NCBI GenBank assembly: GCA_018771605.1
Contig: CP076324.1
Coordinates: 1,317,700 to 1,341,699 of the forward strand
Reading direction: 5' to 3'
Source of the DNA: Aquificota bacterium
GTDB taxonomy: Bacteria; Aquificota; Aquificia; Aquificales; Aquificaceae
DNA length: 24,000 bases
Shown here piece after piece: positions 1 through 6,557 of this stretch (the first letter of the stretch is position 1; every line of letters starts with the position of its first letter). Position numbers and translations under genes: made by a program. A model generated the notes under the pieces. The model made no database searches. It worked only from the letters and a program-made list of their open reading frames with translations, and was not told where the DNA came from.

Positions 1-36
1 AAAGAGTTTGGTATTACAAAAACAAGGCCACCAAAG

Positions 37-1161
37 GTGGCATACATAACAGATACTTATCACCATATAAACGGCGTTGCAAGAAGCGCTAAGCTTGTAA
101 GGCAGATAGCCATGGAGGAAGACCTGCCCTTTACAGTCCTTATATCCAGCTCAAGCATAAGGGAAGAGGAAGGCCTCATAAACTTAAGGCCTTTGGTGGA
201 AATTCCCACACCCTTTTATGAGGAGCTTAAGATGGGCCTTCCCAACTTCCTTGACCTTGTGGACCTCTTAGAAAAAGAAGGCTTTACGCAGGTTCATATA
301 GCCACGCCGGGGCCTTTGGGCCTTTTGGGCCTTTTGGCAGGGAAGATTTTGGGCCTTAGAATAACCTTTGCCTTCCACACAGACATACCCACCTATGCAA
401 GGACCTATACAGGAGACCCAGACTTGGAAGAACTCCTTTGGAAGGCCTTTGTGTTTATAGGAAATATGTCCCACAAGTTCTTTGTGCCTTCTGAATACTA
501 TAAAAAGGTCTTTGTAAATAAGGGGCTAAGCTACGGAAAGATAGGTATATTTAAAAGGGGTGTGGACACAGACCTCTTCTCACCGGACAAAAGGGAAGAT
601 GGCTTTTGGGCAAGAAGGCTTGGCATAAAGAAACATCAAAGGGTCATACTCTATGTGGGAAGAGTCTCAAAGGAAAAAGGCTTGGATAACTTTTTGTATG
701 TGGCAAAGTGTTTCCCGGAAGACACCTTTGTAATAGTGGGCGATGGCCCATATAGAAAGGAAATAGAGGCCAAAAGGCCAAAAAATGTACATCTTACCGG
801 CTATATGGTGGGTGAAGAGCTTGCAAAGGCCTACGCCAGCTCCGATGTCTTTCTCTTCCCTTCCGAGACGGAGACCTACGGTCAGGTGGTGCTTGAAGCC
901 ATGGCAAGCGGTCTTCCTGTTATAGTTAGCTCTAAGGGTGCTTCCCATGAGCATGTACAAGAGGGTGTAAACGGCTTTATAGCCACAAGGCCAGAGGAGT
1001 ATGTGGAAGCTCTATCTTTGCTCCTTTCTAACGAAAACCTAAGGAGAAGTATGGCCCAAGAGGCCCTATACAGCGCCAGAAGGCTTGATTTGAGAAAAAG
1101 CTATATAGATTACATGCTTGCCATAGCAGGCCTTGGGAGGTTAGTGTATGAAGTTGATTGA
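37..1161 (+). CDS. Glycosyltransferase, GT4 family (GT-B fold, retaining type)
   Basis: The N-terminus (MAYITDTYhhINGVA) and the C-terminal GRVSKEKG ... E(T)ETYGQVVLEAMASGLPVI motifs are typical of GT4 enzymes. The start is GTG at 37. There is no in-frame stop between nt 1 and 37, so the ORF could extend left of the window. Confidence 0.85.
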   Translation: MAYITDTYHHINGVARSAKLVRQIAMEEDLPFTVLISSSSIREEEGLINLRPLVEIPTPFYEELKMGLPNFLDLVDLLEKEGFTQVHIATPGPLGLLGLLAGKILGLRITFAFHTDIPTYARTYTGDPDLEELLWKAFVFIGNMSHKFFVPSEYYKKVFVNKGLSYGKIGIFKRGVDTDLFSPDKREDGFWARRLGIKKHQRVILYVGRVSKEKGLDNFLYVAKCFPEDTFVIVGDGPYRKEIEAKRPKNVHLTGYMVGEELAKAYASSDVFLFPSETETYGQVVLEAMASGLPVIVSSKGASHEHVQEGVNGFIATRPEEYVEALSLLLSNENLRRSMAQEALYSARRLDLRKSYIDYMLAIAGLGRLVYEVD

Positions 1162-2263
1162 TATAACACCCTATTTTCATAGCAAGAGTGGTGGCATAAA
1201 AAGGTATCTTTTGGAAAAGGCAAAGTTTTTACGGGATAAGGACATAGAACATGTGATCATAATACCAGGCAAAAAAAGGAGGGAATACTACATAGAGTCC
1301 TCCAAAGTATATGAACTTCCTTCCTTTCCCCTTCCACTCACGGGAGGCTATAGGTTCTTTTCCTCTTTGAATGAGATAAAAGAGATACTCAAAGAAGAAG
1401 GCCCAGAGGTGGTGGAGCTTGGCGGAACCTACCAGCCCATCCCTTTTTTAAAGTCGGAAGGCTACCTTCTTAGCGTTTTTTATCACTCGGATGTAAGGAC
1501 GGACCTTTCCCTTCTTCCTGCACCGAACAAGCTAAGGAAAAGGCTTTTGGAACACACCATAAAGAAAAGGCTATCAAAGGCAGACCTCATCATCACCCCG
1601 TCAAAAAGGCAAGAAGAATTCTTAAGAAGCTTTGGGCTTGAAAAGGTTATCACCATAAACTTGGGTGTGGATACAAACATCTTCAACCCAAACAAAAGAA
1701 ACCCTTACTTTGAAAAGGCCCTTGGTGTAGAAAAGGACAAGTTCAAAATAGTCTATGTGGGAAGGCTTTCCCCAGAAAAGAACGTAGGGCTTTTACTTGA
1801 GGTCTTTCAACATCTTGACCCCACTCTCTTTCATCTTATAGTGGTAGGAGATGGACCCCTAAGAAAGAGGGTGGAAAATCTCTCCAAGAAGCTTCCAAAC
1901 TTAACCTACCTTGGATATATAGAAGATGAGAAGGAGCTTGCCCAGATTTATGCCAGCTGTGATATATTCCTTAGCGCCTCTCTTGGAGAGACCTATGGTC
2001 TTTCCTTCCTTGAGGCGCAAGCCTGCGGATGCCTCCTTGTGGCCTTTGATATGGGTCTTGAGACACAACCCTTTAAGGAGTTTTTGGCAAAGGAGAAAAG
2101 CCCGGATGCGCTTTACGACGCCATAGTAAAAGCATGCCATTCTTTAAACCTTAGTATGAGAGAAAGAATAAGCTCTTATATTGCGCAAAACTTCTCTTGG
2201 AAATCCACCTTTGAAAAACTAATAAACCTTTACGCCGGCTCTCTTGCGGGTGCTTGTTCTTAA
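1148..2263 (+). CDS. Glycosyltransferase, GT4 family (second, paralogous)
   Basis: GRLSPEKNVGLL ... GETYGLSFLEAQACG is the GT4 EX7E-type C-terminal domain. It overlaps the upstream GT gene by 14 nt, so the two are probably co-translated. Confidence 0.85.
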   Translation: MKLIDITPYFHSKSGGIKRYLLEKAKFLRDKDIEHVIIIPGKKRREYYIESSKVYELPSFPLPLTGGYRFFSSLNEIKEILKEEGPEVVELGGTYQPIPFLKSEGYLLSVFYHSDVRTDLSLLPAPNKLRKRLLEHTIKKRLSKADLIITPSKRQEEFLRSFGLEKVITINLGVDTNIFNPNKRNPYFEKALGVEKDKFKIVYVGRLSPEKNVGLLLEVFQHLDPTLFHLIVVGDGPLRKRVENLSKKLPNLTYLGYIEDEKELAQIYASCDIFLSASLGETYGLSFLEAQACGCLLVAFDMGLETQPFKEFLAKEKSPDALYDAIVKACHSLNLSMRERISSYIAQNFSWKSTFEKLINLYAGSLAGACS

Positions 2264-2299
2264 CCAAATCTTAACAATTTTTCTTTAAATTATTTTTTT

Positions 2300-2506
2300 A
2301 TGAAAGACAGAATAGAAGATTTATTGAGGGAGATTGAAAGGGAAAAAGCTTCTTACAACAGGCTTCTTAAAAAGGGTGAAAAGGTAAGAAGGCGTGAGAG
2401 AGATACCTTTTTAACAGAAAAGGACAGGACCATCCTTATAGAATCTTTTGTAGTTGGTGGCCTTATAGAAAACCTTATAACAAAGGCTATAAATAGAATC
2501 TTTTAA
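2300..2506 (+). CDS. Hypothetical small protein (68 aa, charged N-terminal half, hydrophobic C-terminal helix)
   Basis: The evidence is an ORF with host-like codon style only. There is no recognisable Shine-Dalgarno (upstream is an A/T run) and no family is recognised. Confidence 0.3.
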   Translation: MKDRIEDLLREIEREKASYNRLLKKGEKVRRRERDTFLTEKDRTILIESFVVGGLIENLITKAINRIF

Positions 2507-2641
2507 CACTTGGTAAGGAATCCATTCGCCGTATACCATGCCCTTGTTTGTCTCATTTATTTTTAGCAAAAAGTGATAGTGGCCTCACGTTGCTTAATAC
2601 ATTTCTCACTCAAGGTATGTTGCAGATAATTATAAAAACCT

Positions 2642-2995
2642 CTAAAACACTTTCTCTATAGCACTTAAAACCCTTTTATAGTTTCCATATATCTTTACCC
2701 TTCCCTCAAGGATATACCTCAAAAGCCTTGAAGGCTTCTCAATAACTCTAATAAGGTCCTTGTAGTTCAAAACTATTCTGTCTTCCACCTGCAGTGGCTT
2801 TGGAGTGTGGTTTATGCCCTCTTGGCTTATAAGGAAGTGTTCCATTTGTCCGTTGGGAAGCTCCACCGTTAGAAGTATGGGGCTTTTTAGCTCTCTTAGG
2901 GCTTGGCCATGCTCTTCTTGTAGGTGGTGTGCCAGTAGCTTTAGCTCTCTAAGGTAGTCTTCAGTATTCGCTTTCAATGTGTATGATCCTCTCAT
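2642..2995 (-). CDS. SCP2 (sterol-carrier-protein-2)-like lipid/hydrophobic-ligand binding domain protein, last gene of the ATPase operon
   Basis: The pattern ILLTVELPNGQMEHFLISQEG...IVLNYKDLIRVIEKPSRLLRYILEGRVKIYGNYKRVLSAIEKVF follows the SCP2 consensus (..F.l.g.ggg.w.ld...g.......d..i....edf..l..G.l.....f..Gklk..Gd...a.k...lf). It overlaps the upstream gene by 35 nt. Confidence 0.6.
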   Translation of the reverse strand: MRGSYTLKANTEDYLRELKLLAHHLQEEHGQALRELKSPILLTVELPNGQMEHFLISQEGINHTPKPLQVEDRIVLNYKDLIRVIEKPSRLLRYILEGRVKIYGNYKRVLSAIEKVF

Positions 2996-3218
2996 CCCTT
3001 GATAGCCTCCCTATTATGTCCTCAAGCACCTCAAAGGCCTTCTCCTCTGTGGAATAGATGCCAAGGACAGCAGGAAGGAGAGGCTGGCTCATGTAGGCCA
3101 CCACCTTATAAACCAGCCTCTTTTTACCTTCCACCTCTATCTTTGCCTCTTCCACCGAAAGGGATATAACGTGAAGAGTATTAAGATACCTTCCACTTCT
3201 TGTCCTCAAAAAGTTCAT
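2961..3218 (-). CDS. Hypothetical 85-aa soluble protein of the ATPase operon
   Basis: The ORF has a 4-nt ATGA overlap with the upstream gene and a 35-nt overlap with the downstream gene. No family is recognised. Confidence 0.5.
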   Translation of the reverse strand: MNFLRTRSGRYLNTLHVISLSVEEAKIEVEGKKRLVYKVVAYMSQPLLPAVLGIYSTEEKAFEVLEDIIGRLSRDERIIHIESEY

Positions 3219-3496
3219 GCCTCTTCCTTCTTTTCCTCCTCTTTGAGGGCCTTTTTGGCACCCTCTACTGCACCTTCCACCGAGTATCTGACCACCCTTA
3301 AGGCCTTCTCTCCTATCTCCGCAGTGGTCTTTACTATCTCCTTGCTAACCTCCATTACCTTGGATAGGGCTTCTGCTGGCAATTCTTTTAGGCTTTTCTC
3401 TTCGGCCATTCCAAGCTTTTTCTTTAGCTCTTCCAGCTCTGCCTTGATCTTTTCAAGCTCTTGGGCCAAATCCTTTTTTTCTTCCATGACTTTCAC
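3215..3496 (-). CDS. Soluble coiled-coil / amphipathic-helix protein (93 aa, phasin- or YtxH-like in style), ATPase operon
   Basis: Heptad-like E/K/L sequence (DLAQELEKIKAELEELKKKL...). A near-consensus SD (AAGGAGGTGA) lies 5 nt before the ATG. The ATGA overlaps the ATPase stop. No TM segment is present. Confidence 0.65.
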   Translation of the reverse strand: MKVMEEKKDLAQELEKIKAELEELKKKLGMAEEKSLKELPAEALSKVMEVSKEIVKTTAEIGEKALRVVRYSVEGAVEGAKKALKEEEKKEEA

Positions 3497-5568
3497 CTCC
3501 TTTTGATTGAATATAATCCTAAAAGCAAAGTAGCACCATTGTTTATAAGGGTTGAGACTGATGGTCCTATGAGCCCAAGGGCAGAGCCCAAAAGGCCAGC
3601 AGTATTTATAAGGTTGTTCAATCTATAGACTCTTTTAAGCCTTTCCATAGTCTCCTGAGCTATATCCACCACATCCAATAGGTGCCAAAGGCTATCTCCT
3701 ATAACAATGTCCGCCACCTCTATGGCTATGTCCGTGCCACTCCGTAGAGATATGCCCACATCTGCAGAAGTCAAAGCGGGAGAATCGTTCACACCATCAC
3801 CTACAAAGGCAACAACCCTACCTTGTTTTTTAAGCTCTTCCACCACCCTTGCCTTTTCCGCGGGAAATACCCTTGCATAAAACTCCTCTATGCCCAGCTC
3901 CCTCGCCATGTGGCTTGCAATGCCCTCGTTGTCTCCAGTGCAAAGCACCACCCTTTTACCCCTCCTTTTTAGCTCAGCCACCACATCCTTTGCCTCTTCT
4001 CTAAGAGGGTCCCTAAAGGTAAGAAGGCCCACTATCTTCCGGTCTTTTACCAAGTATAGAACGGACTTTGCCTCCGAGTGAAACTTATCCACAAGGCCTT
4101 TTATCTCTTGGCTTATCCTTATCCTTTTACTCTGCATAAAGCGAGTGCTTCCAAGCATAAACTTTTGGCCCTCAATTTCTCCCTCAATTCCAAGGCCTAT
4201 GTGGTATTTGGAGTTTTCCCTTGGCAAAAGCCTAAGGCCCCTTTCCTCCGCCAGTCTAACTATGGCCCTTGCCACAGGGTGGGTAATTCTTTGCTCCAAA
4301 GAGGCAGAGTAAAGAAGCACATCCTCTTCCGACATTTCTAATCCTACCACATCCTCCACCTTGGGATGGCCTACCGTTAGGGTGCCCGTCTTGTCCATCA
4401 CAAAGGTATCCACCTTTGAAAGGGTCTCCAGCTTTCCACCGCTCTTTATGAGTATGCCATGAGTTGAGGCCTTGGCTATTCCAGACAGCACGTTGAGAGG
4501 GGTGGTAAGGTGTATGCCCGTGTGGTAGTCTATGATAAGAGTGGAGGTAAGCCTTCCTATGTTTCCGCTAAGCATATAGGAGGAAAGGCCAATACCTATG
4601 GTGGGCAATACCATCCTGTTTGCCCACTCTTCCGCCATCCTTTGCACCCTTATGGGTTCTTTTATGCTCTCTTCCACAATCTTTGCGATCTTTGCCACAA
4701 CCGTGTTTTCTCCCACCTCCTCCACTCTTACATAGAGCTTTCCATCCTCCACAAAGGTGCCCGCATAGACCTTGTCTCCCACCTTTTTATGCACAGGGTT
4801 TGACTCTCCCGTAAGGCTTGCCTGGTTTACCAAGGCATCACCCTCTTCCACCACGCCGTCCACCGGTATCTTTTCACCCGCATACACTACAATAAGCTCT
4901 CCCTTTTTAAGGTCCAAGGCCTTTACCCTTATGGCTTGGCCATCACCCACAACCAGCCACGCCATATCCTCCTTGTAAGAGAAAAGCCTTTCAATCTTCT
5001 CATAGGCCTTTCTTTCAACCCTTTCGGAAAGGTAGTCTCCAAGAGCAAGCAAGAAGACCATAGTGTGAGCAGAGAGGGGACTTTCCGTAAGGCTTGCCAG
5101 CACTATGGCAGAAGAGTCAAGGAAATGGACATCAAGCCTTCTTTCTCTTAGAGAACTTAAAGCCTTGTCAAAGATAGGCTTGGAAAGAAGTAAGGTCATG
5201 CCGGCCAGCAATGGATTTGGAAGGATGCTTCTAAAAAGGTAAGGGATAAAGCCAAAAGAGGTAAGCACAAGCCACCTTAAAGCTCCCTTTTCTTCCTTTT
5301 GCACCTTTGGCCTTTCCCTTGAGAGGTCCTCAAGGAACACATCCCTTGGCGTGTTTTCTATGTGGTTTAAAAAGTCTATTAGGTCAAAGCTGTCTGGGTC
5401 ATACTCAAGGGTAAGCCTTCCCGATGCTTTGGAGTATTTTACCCTCCTTACTCCGCCAAACCTTGAAAAGTAGGACCTTAATGTTTCTTCCGGATGGTGA
5501 AGGTATTGGAAAAGGTAAGAAGTTAGCCTTATCCTTCCCGGCGATAGCCTCTCTATCTTGTAGCTCAT
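3493..5568 (-). CDS. P1B-like (heavy-metal-type) P-type ATPase with N-terminal Cys-free HMA-like (HMA_2-type, PGRIRL) domain; non-canonical transmembrane ligand set
   Basis: Motifs present: TGES (A domain), DKTGTLT (phosphorylation site, D392), THP in the N domain, LCTGDN, GDGVNDSPAL. The 8-TM P1B topology has only 2 TMs after the P domain. TM4 reads IIDYHTGIHLTTP where CopA/ZntA have CPCALGLATP. There is a single Cys in 691 aa. Confidence 0.9.
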   Translation of the reverse strand: MSYKIERLSPGRIRLTSYLFQYLHHPEETLRSYFSRFGGVRRVKYSKASGRLTLEYDPDSFDLIDFLNHIENTPRDVFLEDLSRERPKVQKEEKGALRWLVLTSFGFIPYLFRSILPNPLLAGMTLLLSKPIFDKALSSLRERRLDVHFLDSSAIVLASLTESPLSAHTMVFLLALGDYLSERVERKAYEKIERLFSYKEDMAWLVVGDGQAIRVKALDLKKGELIVVYAGEKIPVDGVVEEGDALVNQASLTGESNPVHKKVGDKVYAGTFVEDGKLYVRVEEVGENTVVAKIAKIVEESIKEPIRVQRMAEEWANRMVLPTIGIGLSSYMLSGNIGRLTSTLIIDYHTGIHLTTPLNVLSGIAKASTHGILIKSGGKLETLSKVDTFVMDKTGTLTVGHPKVEDVVGLEMSEEDVLLYSASLEQRITHPVARAIVRLAEERGLRLLPRENSKYHIGLGIEGEIEGQKFMLGSTRFMQSKRIRISQEIKGLVDKFHSEAKSVLYLVKDRKIVGLLTFRDPLREEAKDVVAELKRRGKRVVLCTGDNEGIASHMARELGIEEFYARVFPAEKARVVEELKKQGRVVAFVGDGVNDSPALTSADVGISLRSGTDIAIEVADIVIGDSLWHLLDVVDIAQETMERLKRVYRLNNLINTAGLLGSALGLIGPSVSTLINNGATLLLGLYSIKRR

Positions 5569-5771
5569 TGTCCTTCTGTCTTTTCTTCCTTTAGCTTTAG
5601 CTCAAGGGCCTTTACCATAGCTTCAATCTCCCTTTGCGTCTCCTCAAGCCTTTTCTTTTCTCTTGCCCTGTCAAGCATATAAAGGGCAAGCACTCCAAGG
5701 CCAAAGCCAAGGGCAAAGCTAAAGGGACCGGAGCATACAATCCTGCCAAGTATGGACCCTATTTGGTTCAT
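5565..5771 (-). CDS. Small single-pass membrane protein (68 aa): Gly-zipper TM plus charged coiled-coil tail
   Basis: N-terminal GSILGRIVCSGPFSFALGFGLGVLALYML is followed by REKKRLEETQREIEAMVKALELKLKEEK. A strong SD (AAGGAGGT) is present. Its stop overlaps the ATPase ATG (ATGA). Confidence 0.65.
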   Translation of the reverse strand: MNQIGSILGRIVCSGPFSFALGFGLGVLALYMLDRAREKKRLEETQREIEAMVKALELKLKEEKTEGQ

Positions 5772-5783
5772 CCTTCTACCTCC

Positions 5784-6098
5784 TTACAGTCTTTCTTTTA
5801 TTCTCTGCAATATCTCCTGCTGTTTCTGGAGTATCTCCAGCTTTTTCTCCACCTCAAGCCTGTAGAGGTGCTTGGCCTCTGAGACCACATCCTCCCAAAA
5901 CTCCTTACCCTCCTCCAGATTTCCTGTGAGCCACTGCTGGAAGGCTATAACTTCCTTTGTAGCAGATACAAGTAGTGGCCTTGAGTCCTTCATTACCTTG
6001 CTGAGGACCACAAGGCCTGCAAGGGCGCCAAAGCCGTATAGCATCATGTTGGTGGATAGGCATCCACCTATGGTAGTAGGAAGGCTAAAATTTAGCAT
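5784..6098 (-). CDS. Small single-pass membrane protein (104 aa): GxxxG TM plus long helical/coiled-coil cytoplasmic domain
   Basis: The TM segment MMLYGFGALAGLVVLSKVM is followed by an amphipathic tail ending in the coiled coil EVEKKLEILQKQQEILQRIKERL. A strong SD (AAGGAGGT) lies 5 nt before the ATG. Confidence 0.65.
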   Translation of the reverse strand: MLNFSLPTTIGGCLSTNMMLYGFGALAGLVVLSKVMKDSRPLLVSATKEVIAFQQWLTGNLEEGKEFWEDVVSEAKHLYRLEVEKKLEILQKQQEILQRIKERL

Positions 6099-6109
6099 CC
6101 TTTACCTCC

Positions 6110-6481
6110 TTATAGCTTTGTTTTTAAATAGGGGACCAAAAGCATACTGCAAAGGGCAAAGGAAATAAGGCCCGCACCCCAGCCAAGGAAAGCAAGGCTC
6201 ACGACAAGCTTCACTCCAGGGTGTTTTAAAAGGTGCTGAAGGTAGAAATGTATATCTTCCTTCTCCAGCCTTTGAACCGGTTTATGCTTTATGTTCTCAA
6301 CAAGGTAGTGGAAAAAGCTCCCTTCTTTGAACCTTACAAGAAGGGTTTTTGTGTTTTCTTTGTATTCCACCCCCATAACCCCCTCCATCCCGCCCATACC
6401 ACGCAAGAAAAGGTCCCTCTCCTCTACGCTTGAAAAGTAAAGCCTCGCTTCACCTTGCCTCAGAGATACATACTCAATCAT
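6110..6481 (-). CDS. Membrane-anchored HMA-like (HMA_2-type, Cys-free) domain protein, first gene of the ATPase operon
   Basis: The N-terminal approx 70 aa (IEYVSLRQGEARLYF...GMEGVMGVEYKENTKTLLVRF...FFHYLVENI) parallels the ATPase N-terminus (IERLSPGRIRLTSY...RFGGVRRVKYSKASGRLTLEY...LIDFLNHI). The C-terminal TM is VVSLAFLGWGAGLISFALCSMLLV. I prefer ATG at 6481; the track start at 6499 is a TTG. Neither start has a good SD. Confidence 0.6.
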   Translation of the reverse strand: MIEYVSLRQGEARLYFSSVEERDLFLRGMGGMEGVMGVEYKENTKTLLVRFKEGSFFHYLVENIKHKPVQRLEKEDIHFYLQHLLKHPGVKLVVSLAFLGWGAGLISFALCSMLLVPYLKTKL

Positions 6482-6504
6482 AGGCAAACATTGTAGCAAG
6501 CTAT

Positions 6505-6547
6505 TGTTAAGATTTGGTTAAGAGGAATTGTGTTATAATTACTTAAC
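6505..6547. promoter_or_regulatory. GTTAAG repeat cluster in the divergent intergenic region (two direct copies 11 nt apart plus one inverted copy)
   Basis: GTTAAGA occurs at 6505-6511 and 6516-6522. GGTTAAG (6515-6521) and CTTAACC (6541-6547) form a 7-bp inverted repeat around the putative panC -10. Confidence 0.3.
6530..6538 (+). promoter_or_regulatory. Putative extended -10 promoter (TGTTATAAT) for panC-ribH-nusB
   Basis: An exact TATAAT at 6533-6538 is preceded by TGT. It lies 20 nt upstream of the panC ATG at 6558. I found no good -35. Confidence 0.4.
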
Positions 6548-6557
6548 CTGTGAAGCC

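Noticed and set aside
2507-2641. The 135-nt convergent intergenic region, examined for an sRNA, a riboswitch or a bidirectional terminator.
   Set aside because: I found no convincing stem-loop, U-tract or conserved-looking motif by eye.
3171-3506. The 111-aa Ser-rich plus-strand ORF.
   Set aside because: It is antisense to the E/K-rich 93-aa coiled-coil gene and the 85-aa gene, the same artefact as in hsdM.
3890-5151. Several 60-100-aa plus-strand ORFs inside the ATPase gene, plus similar antisense ORFs inside the GT, panC, gap, htrA, prfA and alaS genes.
   Set aside because: Each overlaps a long gene with unmistakable conserved motifs on the other strand. None has an SD or a recognisable domain.
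2642-6499. Calling the ATPase operon outright a ferrosome (fez) gene cluster, or a CopA/ZntA efflux locus.
   Set aside because: I cannot verify P1B-6 membership or Fez homology without a search. The TM4 motif is not one I can assign, and the SCP2 and soluble coiled-coil genes are not part of fez clusters as I remember them. It is equally not a canonical cop/znt locus. I kept it as a hypothesis only.
6528-6557. The panC start at 6528 (MCYNYLTCEA...) as given by the track.
   Set aside because: The extra 10 codons overlap the TGTTATAAT -10 element and are not part of the PanC family N-terminus. ATG 6558 ([10 protein letters not shown]) fits better.
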